NCBI GenBank assembly: GCA_963628435.1
Contig: CAVGEY010000007.1
Coordinates: 12,831 to 76,830, forward strand
Direction of reading: 5' to 3'
Length of the DNA: 64,000 nucleotides
DNA from: a bacterium
GTDB taxonomy: Bacteria > Bacillota > Clostridia > Oscillospirales > CAG-272
The stretch's first letter is position 1. Every line of letters starts with the position of its first letter. This document shows, in pieces, positions 27,618 through 35,718 of this stretch. The position numbers and the translations under genes are program-made. The notes beneath the pieces were generated by a model, which did no database searches, was not told the DNA's origin, and worked only from the letters and a program-made list of their open reading frames with translations.

Positions 27618-29813
27618 GTGATTATAAAACGCCGATTGGCTGTCTTCTGCGCGATTTTTCTGTCATTGTCGCTCGTGTCTTCCTTCTTTTACGGTAAAAT
27701 AAAACTTTATTTTGCGGCGGCATTTTTGATTTTTACGGCTCTCGCATTTGCGATAACCTGCGCGAGAGGCCGAAAATGCGGTGAACACGAAAAAATGCGG
27801 CGATATGTCATCGAAATATCGATGTTTTTGTCTGCGGCAGCGCTTGCTCTCCTTTTTTCTTACCTTAATTTTGACATCCGCTATAAGAAAACGGCCGACA
27901 GATATTCGTCCGATGAACCTGTAACCTGCGTTTTTGCCGTTACAAAGGTTAATTATAAAAGCAGCGGATACACCGGTCATGAGGTAACAATAAGAAGTAT
28001 TGACGGTGAAGATGTCGATTTGAGGGCCGTTTATCTTACCGAATATCAGTCGTTTCTCGATGTCGGCGATGTCCTGTCGGCAGAGGTAACAATCGCTCCG
28101 TCGCGTACCGACAGCACCCTTTCGGGAAGCTATTATCTTTCAAAAGGTTTCTGCCTGACCTTGAACTCGCAGACAGATGATAACTGTAAACTGATTTCAA
28201 CAAGGGATTATCGAGATATCCGCAGTCAGGTAGCGCTTGTCGGCGAAAAAATATATGTGCGGCTTCTTTCGGTTGTCAAAAAAAGTTCTGCCGATCTTCT
28301 CCGCGCACTTATATGTGCGGATAAATCGACACTTGACGGCAATCTTTCGGAAAATTTCAAAATTCTCGGTCTTTCTCACATGCTGGCGGTAAGCGGGATG
28401 CATCTCGGAATTATCGCGGGATTTCTCGCATTTGTTTTCGGCATGCTGAAAGTCGGCCGCCGCTTCAGAACATCCGCCATTCTGATATTTTCGCTTGTGT
28501 ATGTTGTAATCTGCTCTTTTACACCGTCTGTGTGCAGATCTTTCGGAATGCTTGCGCTTTTTTATCTCGAGCCTTATTCGAGACGGCCGCGAGATCCGCT
28601 GACATCTCTTTTGGCTGCGGTTTTTTCGATAACGGTAATTTCTCCCTATTCGGTTATCGACATCGGACTTATCGCATCTTTTGCGGCGACACTCGGAATA
28701 TTGACAGTGGGCGCTCCCATAATAAGTTCACTCCGAAACAAAAAGAGAATAGTCCGTCTTATATGCGATCCGTTGGTACTCACATATTCGGCATCCCTTT
28801 TCGTAATGCCGGTATCGGTAATCTGTTTCGGCAGCTTCTCGCTTATATCTCCGCTTTCGAATATCATATTTCTGCCGCTTATTACTCTTATCATGTACCT
28901 CGCGCCGATTCTTCTTGCCGCTTCTTTTTCGCATATTGCGGTGATTATCCCTGCCGCCGCCGCAGATTTTCTCTGCACGGTTGTCATAAAACTCTCGTCG
29001 CTTTTCGCCCTGGACGATTTTTTGATATCGATGGATTATACGGCTCTCAAACTGCTCGTAATTCCGTTCGTGCTTCTTTTGATATTTTTTTGCACGAGAA
29101 AGAACGCAGGCGCAAAATTTCTCCCGATTGTTCTTTCGGCATATCTGCTCACGGCAGTCGGATTCAATATTTTTCGTTATGCCGAGGTCGGAGAGCCTGT
29201 TTTTTATACCGACGGCACAAATGATGCGATAGTTCTGTTTGAAGGCAAAAAGGCGATGATAATCGATAATTCAAACGGCGGAGCGGGATTTCTTTCCGAC
29301 TGCGCCGAGATGATTGAAGAAAAAGGCGGAACACTCGATGCGCTTGTCCTTACCCATTACCACAGCCATCAAACCGCAGGCCTTTCGGAACTCATAAATG
29401 AATATAATCTGAGGCAGGTCGTCATTCTTTCGGGCGGCGGAGATTCTTTTAATACGATTGCTTCATATTGCCGTGAAAAAGACACGGCGGTCTATGATTT
29501 CGCGGATAGCGGAAAAATCTCATACGGCGATTATACGGTAACGATTATGACCGATTTTATCGGTAGATCCTCTCACAAGACGTCCGCCGTCGCGGTAGAT
29601 TTTGCAAAAGGACGTATTCTCTATCTCGGTGCATCATCGTGGGAAAGCGAAAGCATTTACGGCGCACTTTTCGATGATGTAATGCCGTACAGACTTATCC
29701 TCGGATGCCACGGCCCGAAAATCAAATCGGATGTGGTTCTTCCCGCCGTTTATGACGGCATAACCGTCGAAAAAGCCGATTCGGATATCAATGTGAAAAT
29801 ATCGAACGAATGA
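27618..29813 (+). CDS. comEC: DNA internalisation competence protein ComEC/Rec2
   Basis: Competence domain LGLSHMLAVSGMHLGI plus a polytopic core and a C-terminal metallo-beta-lactamase fold (LVLTHYHSHQTAG). GTG start 8 nt after AAAGGAG. Confidence 0.85.
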   Translation: MIIKRRLAVFCAIFLSLSLVSSFFYGKIKLYFAAAFLIFTALAFAITCARGRKCGEHEKMRRYVIEISMFLSAAALALLFSYLNFDIRYKKTADRYSSDEPVTCVFAVTKVNYKSSGYTGHEVTIRSIDGEDVDLRAVYLTEYQSFLDVGDVLSAEVTIAPSRTDSTLSGSYYLSKGFCLTLNSQTDDNCKLISTRDYRDIRSQVALVGEKIYVRLLSVVKKSSADLLRALICADKSTLDGNLSENFKILGLSHMLAVSGMHLGIIAGFLAFVFGMLKVGRRFRTSAILIFSLVYVVICSFTPSVCRSFGMLALFYLEPYSRRPRDPLTSLLAAVFSITVISPYSVIDIGLIASFAATLGILTVGAPIISSLRNKKRIVRLICDPLVLTYSASLFVMPVSVICFGSFSLISPLSNIIFLPLITLIMYLAPILLAASFSHIAVIIPAAAADFLCTVVIKLSSLFALDDFLISMDYTALKLLVIPFVLLLIFFCTRKNAGAKFLPIVLSAYLLTAVGFNIFRYAEVGEPVFYTDGTNDAIVLFEGKKAMIIDNSNGGAGFLSDCAEMIEEKGGTLDALVLTHYHSHQTAGLSELINEYNLRQVVILSGGGDSFNTIASYCREKDTAVYDFADSGKISYGDYTVTIMTDFIGRSSHKTSAVAVDFAKGRILYLGASSWESESIYGALFDDVMPYRLILGCHGPKIKSDVVLPAVYDGITVEKADSDINVKISNE

Positions 29814-29867
29814 TAAATCCCGATAAAATGCCGGTGTAAAGAAATATGAAAAACCCGCCGATACAGG

Positions 29868-29896
29868 TTGAAAAAAACAAAAAAATGTTGTAGAAT
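29868..29896 (+). promoter_or_regulatory. Promoter for the M16 peptidase pair
   Basis: TTGAAA, 17 nt, TAGAAT. Confidence 0.6.
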
Positions 29897-30046
29897 ATAC
29901 GGGTATGTTTATGCCGCACGGATATGCCGTATAAAAAAGTTCCGCAATTCAGAGCGGTTTTTAGGGGGTAGAGCAAGATAGAAGACATTGAAATTGCCGA
30001 AGGGATAAAACTTCATTTTGAATCGGACAGGCATTTCAGAACGGGT

Positions 30047-31261
30047 ATGATGAATATCCGATTTTTGGCCCCTCTTGATATGGATAGCGCGACTGAAATA
30101 ACACTTCTTTTCAGAGTGCTTGCGAGAGGCTCGCAAAACTATCCGACATCCGCCGATGTCAGAAAAAAATGCGATATGCTCTGGGGCGCGACCGTTTATC
30201 CGATTTCTTCGCCGCTCGGTGAAATGCAGAATATCGGTTTTACGGCAACATTTATAAACGACCGATTTGCCCCCGACGGAGAGTCGACGTTTGACGGTAT
30301 ATGCGATATACTGAAAGATCTGATTTTCAATCCGAGACTTTCGGATGGACTTCTTGACTCGGAATATGTGAATTCGGAACGGGAAAATCTGATTTGCGAA
30401 CTGAAAAACGAAGAGGATAAAGCCGAACTTTGCAGATTCAAAATGGAAAGTAAGATGTTCGACGGAGAAAAATTCAATGTATGCAGCGACGGAGATGCGG
30501 AAGCCGCGAAGAAAATCGACGCAAAATCGCTGACCGAATTTTATAAAAAATTCATTTTTTCTTCTCCGATTGAAATCTGCCTTGTTGCCGACATCGACGG
30601 CGAACACGCAAAAAATGCGGTCAAATCGATTTTTGATGTCGAAAATCGCGGCATCGAAAGAAAAAAGCGTGATTTCGCGGTTGCCGACGTTATAAGAAAA
30701 TCTCCGCACCCTTTTAAGAAAACAGGCGAAAAATGCGATATTGTTCAGTCGAGGGTGTGCATCGGCTTCAGATCGGGTTGTGTTCTCGGCGATTCGAATT
30801 ACGAGGCGTTCAATCTTATGTGCGAACTGCTCGGCAGATCTCCCACAAACAGACTGTATACGAATTTAAGAGAAATTCGCGGACTCTGCTATTCGTGCGC
30901 ACTGTCAACCGAAGTTTATAAAGGACTTGTACGCATTGAATGCGGATGCGACCGCTCTAATGTAAAAGCGGCGTCCGACGGAATTTTCGAACAGATTTCG
31001 GCGGTTGCCGGCGGAAGATTCGGGGATGATGAGCTCGAAGACGCAAGAGCGTCGCTCGTTTCGGTATATAAAAGCATCGGAGACGATCCCTCATCGGTCA
31101 TTTCGTGGTATTACCGTAATATGCTTGCGGGAAGCAAACATTCGCCGGATGAAGCGATTGCCGAAATTAACGCGGTAAGCCGTGAGGATATAATGCTTGC
31201 CGCCGCAAGACTCGATCCCGATACACTTTTCGTTCTCGGCACGGAGGATATGTCTTTATGA
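30047..31261 (+). CDS. M16-family peptidase-like protein, non-catalytic partner (YmfF-like); true start probably upstream at a non-canonical codon
   Basis: No HxxEH motif. M16 C-terminal-type fold strings. Stop overlaps the partner start (ATGA at 31258-31261). The in-frame upstream region 29978-30046 encodes family-like sequence (see finding). Confidence 0.75.
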   Translation: MMNIRFLAPLDMDSATEITLLFRVLARGSQNYPTSADVRKKCDMLWGATVYPISSPLGEMQNIGFTATFINDRFAPDGESTFDGICDILKDLIFNPRLSDGLLDSEYVNSERENLICELKNEEDKAELCRFKMESKMFDGEKFNVCSDGDAEAAKKIDAKSLTEFYKKFIFSSPIEICLVADIDGEHAKNAVKSIFDVENRGIERKKRDFAVADVIRKSPHPFKKTGEKCDIVQSRVCIGFRSGCVLGDSNYEAFNLMCELLGRSPTNRLYTNLREIRGLCYSCALSTEVYKGLVRIECGCDRSNVKAASDGIFEQISAVAGGRFGDDELEDARASLVSVYKSIGDDPSSVISWYYRNMLAGSKHSPDEAIAEINAVSREDIMLAAARLDPDTLFVLGTEDMSL

Positions 31262-32553
31262 GTACGGTTGAATGTTGCCGCAGTGAGCGTCTGCACGCCG
31301 CTTATTACAGAATTGTCCATGACAGCGGGCTGAAAATAATATATTATCCGATTGACCGCAGTCAGACATTCGTTAATCTGAAAGTCGGATTCGGAAGTTC
31401 GGATAACAGATTCGTAAAAGACGGTAAAACCGTTTTGCTTCCCGACGGATGCGCGCATTTTCTCGAACATAAGATGTTCGACTGTCCGGGCGGCGAAGAC
31501 GGCTCGGCGCTGCTTGCCGCACTCGGTGCCGACAGCAACGCGTATACCGCCGAAAAAGAAACGGTTTATATGTTTTCATGCTCGGATAATTTCGATAAAT
31601 CGCTGAAAATACTTTTGGAGTTCGTAAGTACTCCGTTTTTTACCGAGAAATCGCTGAAAAAGGAACTTCCGATTATATCGGAGGAAATCGCGATGTACCG
31701 CGATTCGCCCGATAATAAACTGCTCTATGCTTTGCTGCGCGCAATGTACAGAAAAAGTCCGGTACGCCGTGATGTTGCGGGAAGCAAAAGCTCGATACGA
31801 AAGATAACTCCCGAAATTCTGTATACCTGTACCGACGCGTTCTATGTTCCGTCGAATATGGCACTCTGCGTTGCGGGTAAAGGCAGCCCCGAGGAGATAA
31901 TCGAAGTATGCGACGGCGTACTCGGTAGGAACGCATCCGAAACCGCCGAATCGATTCCCGAAGACGAGCCCGACGGCGTGTTCAAAAAGTCGGTTACCGT
32001 ATATGATAATGTAAACCTCCCGAAATGCGCGGTCGGAATAAAAATCAATAATGTGCCTGACGATCCGAAGAGCAGGGCAAACAACCGCGCGCTTTTGCGT
32101 ATTCTTTGCAGCATAATGTTCGGCAGATCATCCGATTTTGCCGAATCGCTTTATTCCGACGGCGTGATAGCCTCTCCGCTTTCTGCGGATACAATGTATG
32201 AAAAGGGGTTTGCCTATCTTCAGATTGCCGCCGACTGCAGAAATCCGAGTGAATTTTCCGAAAAGATTTTGGAATATGTCGATAAAATCAGTCGTTACGG
32301 TATTGACGGCGGAGACTTCGAACGCTGCAAACGCGCTCTGTACGGCACATGGATAGCCGACAGCGACAGCAGCGAGGCAATGGCGGATATACTTCTTCCA
32401 TACGCATTTGATGGAATCGACCCGTTTGAAAATATCGAGTTTATGCTTGGGGCCGACCGCGATGATATAAATCGTTTTGCCTGTGAAATTCTTTCGAAAA
32501 AGAGAATATCGGTTGCCGCTCTGCTTCCGAATTCCGACGAAAACAATGAGTGA
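31258..32553 (+). CDS. M16-family zinc peptidase (pitrilysin family, YmfH-like), catalytic subunit
   Basis: Inverted zinc motif HFLEH in PDGCAHFLEHKMFD. Confidence 0.85.
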   Translation: MSTVECCRSERLHAAYYRIVHDSGLKIIYYPIDRSQTFVNLKVGFGSSDNRFVKDGKTVLLPDGCAHFLEHKMFDCPGGEDGSALLAALGADSNAYTAEKETVYMFSCSDNFDKSLKILLEFVSTPFFTEKSLKKELPIISEEIAMYRDSPDNKLLYALLRAMYRKSPVRRDVAGSKSSIRKITPEILYTCTDAFYVPSNMALCVAGKGSPEEIIEVCDGVLGRNASETAESIPEDEPDGVFKKSVTVYDNVNLPKCAVGIKINNVPDDPKSRANNRALLRILCSIMFGRSSDFAESLYSDGVIASPLSADTMYEKGFAYLQIAADCRNPSEFSEKILEYVDKISRYGIDGGDFERCKRALYGTWIADSDSSEAMADILLPYAFDGIDPFENIEFMLGADRDDINRFACEILSKKRISVAALLPNSDENNE

Positions 32554-32597
32554 TAAAATATTGATAAAATATATAATTAAGAAAGGACTGCCGAATA

Positions 32598-33704
32598 ATG
32601 AATTTAACATCGTTTATTGCCGCAGGATCTGCGAGTACGACAAACTGGATATCCTTCCCGGGACTCGGTATCGGAGAAATCAAAGTCAACGAAACGGCAT
32701 TCACCATTCCGGGCACGAATATAACTGTTGCGTGGTACGGAATAATCATCATGGTGGGCATAATTGTCGCCTTCACCTATCTCTATTTTATGGGGAAGCG
32801 TACGGGACTTATTCTTGACGACCTTCTCGATATTGCGATTTTCACCGTAATTCCGGGTATAGTCGGCGCAAGAGCATATTATGTGTTTTTTGATTGGCTC
32901 AGAAATCCCGACAACTATAAGAGCTTTTATGACGTAATTTCTATTTGGAACGGCGGAATCGCGATTTACGGAGCTGTGATTTTCGGCGCGCTCGGATGTT
33001 TTCTCACTCTGCGGCATAAGAAAATCCGCGTTCCGCTCTTTTTCGACTGCCTTTGCCCTGCGGTGATGATAGCTCAGGCAATAGGGCGCTGGGGAAACTT
33101 TGTCAACGGGGAGGCCTACGGCGCGGTTACATCATCGCCGCTTGCGATGACAATCCGCTCAACGGTGACTTATCTGTCCGAATCGGGACAGGCTTTCGAA
33201 TATTCCTCGGTTGTCGAAAATGTTCACCCGACATTCCTTTACGAATCGGTCTGGAATCTTGTTGGATTTATTCTTCTTACAATTCTGCTGTTCCATAAGA
33301 AATATGACGGGCAGGTAACACTCGGATATTTTACATGGTACGGCGCGGGCAGAATGTTTATCGAAGGTCTCAGACAGGACAGCCTTTATATCGGAAAAAC
33401 AAACATCCGCGTTTCACAGCTGCTTGCATTCACATTCTTCATCGTTGCGGGATTTCTGCTTGTCTTTTTCATGATAAAGATAAAAGGCAAGAAACTTGCT
33501 TTCGGTATGTATCTGCCCGGCGCGAAGTCGGCGGCACCGTCCGATAACGGCGCATCCGATAAAGTCGACGAGTCCGAACAATCGGATAATGCCGAGACCG
33601 AAAAAGAGAGCGAAGATGCGGCGGAAAATGCCGAAGCCGAAAGCTCAACGAATGAATCCGAGAAAAGCGGGGACACCGAAAAAAATGGCAGTGACGATAA
33701 TTGA
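32598..33704 (+). CDS. lgt: Prolipoprotein diacylglyceryl transferase with a ~55-aa acidic C-terminal tail
   Basis: WNGGIAIYG, GRWGNFVNGEAYG and HPTFLYES motifs. Confidence 0.9.
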   Translation: MNLTSFIAAGSASTTNWISFPGLGIGEIKVNETAFTIPGTNITVAWYGIIIMVGIIVAFTYLYFMGKRTGLILDDLLDIAIFTVIPGIVGARAYYVFFDWLRNPDNYKSFYDVISIWNGGIAIYGAVIFGALGCFLTLRHKKIRVPLFFDCLCPAVMIAQAIGRWGNFVNGEAYGAVTSSPLAMTIRSTVTYLSESGQAFEYSSVVENVHPTFLYESVWNLVGFILLTILLFHKKYDGQVTLGYFTWYGAGRMFIEGLRQDSLYIGKTNIRVSQLLAFTFFIVAGFLLVFFMIKIKGKKLAFGMYLPGAKSAAPSDNGASDKVDESEQSDNAETEKESEDAAENAEAESSTNESEKSGDTEKNGSDDN

Positions 33705-34542
33705 CGGTAAGGCGGTTTCGGCATCCGTAAAAAAGAAAATCGCCGGGGAAGCGGCGGCACTGAAATCGGAATATAACATAGTGCCGGGGCTTGCCGTTAT
33801 AATAGTCGGGAACGATCCCGCATCGAAAGTCTATGTCAGAAATAAGAGAAAAGCGTGCGAAGAAGCCGGTTTCAATTCGTGGGTTTATGAACTGCCCGAA
33901 GATGTAACTCAGGATTCGCTTAATTCTTTGATAGAACGGCTCAACCGTGATGAAAATGTGCACGGAATCCTCTGTCAGCTTCCTCTTCCCAAAACACTTT
34001 CCGAAGACGAGGTCATCGCAAGGATATCTCCCGATAAGGATGTCGATGCTTTCGGTATGTCGAATGTCGGAAAGATAATGCTCGGGAAATACAGATTTCT
34101 TCCGTGTACCCCTGCGGGAGTAATGAATCTTCTTGACGCATACGGTATAAACCCGAAGGGTAAACACGCCGTTATTATCGGCAGATCGAATATCGTCGGC
34201 AAACCTATGGCAATGCTGCTGCTTCATGCCGATGCCACGGTAACAATATGTCACAGCAAAACCGAAAACATAAAGGATATCACACGCGAGGCCGATATTC
34301 TTGTGGCGGCGGTCGGCAGACCGAAGTTTGTTACGGAGGATATGATTAAACCGGGCGCTGTGGTAATTGATGTCGGAATAAATCGCGGTGCGGACGGAAA
34401 ACTATGCGGAGATGTCGATTTTGAGGCTGCCTGCCGTGTCGCGTCTGCCGTGACTCCCGTTCCGGGAGGAGTCGGACCGATGACAATCGCCATGCTTCTC
34501 GAAAATACGCTGACAGCCGCAAAGGCGACGATTAAAAAATGA
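33685..34542 (+). CDS. folD: Bifunctional 5,10-methylene-THF dehydrogenase/cyclohydrolase
   Basis: MAVTIIDGK...PGLAVIIVGNDPAS.VYV..K, GRSNIVGKPMAMLL, PVPGGVGPMT. The ATG at 33685 overlaps the lgt 3' end by 20 nt. Confidence 0.92.
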   Translation: MAVTIIDGKAVSASVKKKIAGEAAALKSEYNIVPGLAVIIVGNDPASKVYVRNKRKACEEAGFNSWVYELPEDVTQDSLNSLIERLNRDENVHGILCQLPLPKTLSEDEVIARISPDKDVDAFGMSNVGKIMLGKYRFLPCTPAGVMNLLDAYGINPKGKHAVIIGRSNIVGKPMAMLLLHADATVTICHSKTENIKDITREADILVAAVGRPKFVTEDMIKPGAVVIDVGINRGADGKLCGDVDFEAACRVASAVTPVPGGVGPMTIAMLLENTLTAAKATIKK

Positions 34543-34548
34543 AAAGTA

Positions 34549-34586
34549 AAAAAGCTCTTTGCCGATATGACAAAGAGCTTTTTCTT
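34549..34586. terminator. Bidirectional terminator (folD / XRE regulator)
   Basis: AAAAAGCTCTTTG / CAAAGAGCTTTTT stem. Confidence 0.8.
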
Positions 34587-34600
34587 TACCGATATAATAT

Positions 34601-35521
34601 TTATACACCGAGACTTCCCGCAGGCATCTGAGAAAGTCCGAGAATCGAATAGAGACTCTGTTTTTTCTCCGAATATTCGTATGCACCCTTGAAATCGCCG
34701 ATTGTCCTGTATGCAAGTTCAAGATCCCTGTAAATAATGTATCTGAACACCGTATCGGCATTTTCCGCGTCAAAACGCGATTCTATTTCGCGGTAGAGTG
34801 AGATTCCGCGCTCATAATTTCCCGCGGATACCGAAAGCCTCGCACTTATGTGAGTGCGGTAAAGCGGATTGTCGAGCTTTACAGAATCGTAAATTCGGGT
34901 TGCGTCTTCATATTTCATGCTGTCGGTAATCCGCAGAAGATTTGTGTATGCGGCAAGCTCAAAAGGGTTCTCGAATTCGGAAACGGTTGATGCGGAAATA
35001 TCGGCATGACGCGATTGCAGAAGCGAATCAATCAGCTCAATGTAGATTTTCGCCATGCCGACCGTGTCGGCACAGCGGTAGACTGTTTTTTTTGCGTGTT
35101 CCTCCACAAGGGAAAATGACTTGTAGGCGGCTTCGAGCCTGCCCGAACTGTACTGAATAATGCCGATTTCGAGTCGGCAGTCGGCGAGAATCATATTCGT
35201 CTCGTCATCGGTGTGGGGAAGACTTCTGCATAAATCGACACATTCACGCCACTGATGTTCACTGTATAACCGTCTGATTTCGGGCATAAGTTTTAATTTC
35301 AAAAAATCGAAAAGTTCTCCGCCGTCACTCAGCAGATAGCCGGACGGAACGCCGAGTTTTTCGGCAATATATTCGAGTGTCGATACGGAAGGATTTGCAT
35401 GTCCCGATTCGATAAGCGACAGCATATTGCGTGTTATATGATTTCCGCAAAGCTCTTTCTGCGTAATTCCTTTTTCGGCTCGCAGAGCTTTTATCTTTTC
35501 TCCGGTTGTCATTGCCGACAT
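34601..35521 (-). CDS. XRE-family HTH transcriptional regulator with a C-terminal TPR-like helical repeat domain (RNPP/Rgg-like architecture)
   Basis: N-terminal GEKIKALRAEKGITQKELC...MLSLIESG, then ~230 aa of helical repeats. Divergent from ABC cassette 1. Confidence 0.8.
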   Translation of the reverse strand: MSAMTTGEKIKALRAEKGITQKELCGNHITRNMLSLIESGHANPSVSTLEYIAEKLGVPSGYLLSDGGELFDFLKLKLMPEIRRLYSEHQWRECVDLCRSLPHTDDETNMILADCRLEIGIIQYSSGRLEAAYKSFSLVEEHAKKTVYRCADTVGMAKIYIELIDSLLQSRHADISASTVSEFENPFELAAYTNLLRITDSMKYEDATRIYDSVKLDNPLYRTHISARLSVSAGNYERGISLYREIESRFDAENADTVFRYIIYRDLELAYRTIGDFKGAYEYSEKKQSLYSILGLSQMPAGSLGV

Positions 35522-35574
35522 AAAAACCTCCGTATATACAGTGCGCAGTGAATAGACAGTAAATATCTTTTACC

Positions 35575-35603
35575 ATTTTAGCATCTGCCGTCGGATTTTT
35601 CAA
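35575..35603 (-). promoter_or_regulatory. Promoter for the XRE/TPR regulator
   Basis: Minus strand TTGAAA, 17 nt, TGc-TAAAAT. Confidence 0.65.
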
Positions 35604-35659
35604 CAGAATTATTAAAAAATAACAAATAAATTCAAAAAAATAATTAGTTCGTGCAGAAT

Positions 35660-35688
35660 TTGACAAAAAATGCTGTTTATGCTATAAT
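35660..35688 (+). promoter_or_regulatory. Promoter for ABC-DUF1854-ABC cassette 1
   Basis: TTGACA (35660-35665), 17 nt, TATAAT (35683-35688): a perfect consensus, 31 nt before the ATG. Confidence 0.8.
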
Positions 35689-35718
35689 AAAAAGTAATAT
35701 TTCGAGAGGAGAAATCGG

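Noticed and set aside
33496-33684. A 63-codon upstream extension of folD in the ORF track.
   Set aside because: It overlaps the lgt tail in another frame and is Arg/Pro/Lys-rich. FolD homology begins at MAVTIIDGK (33685).
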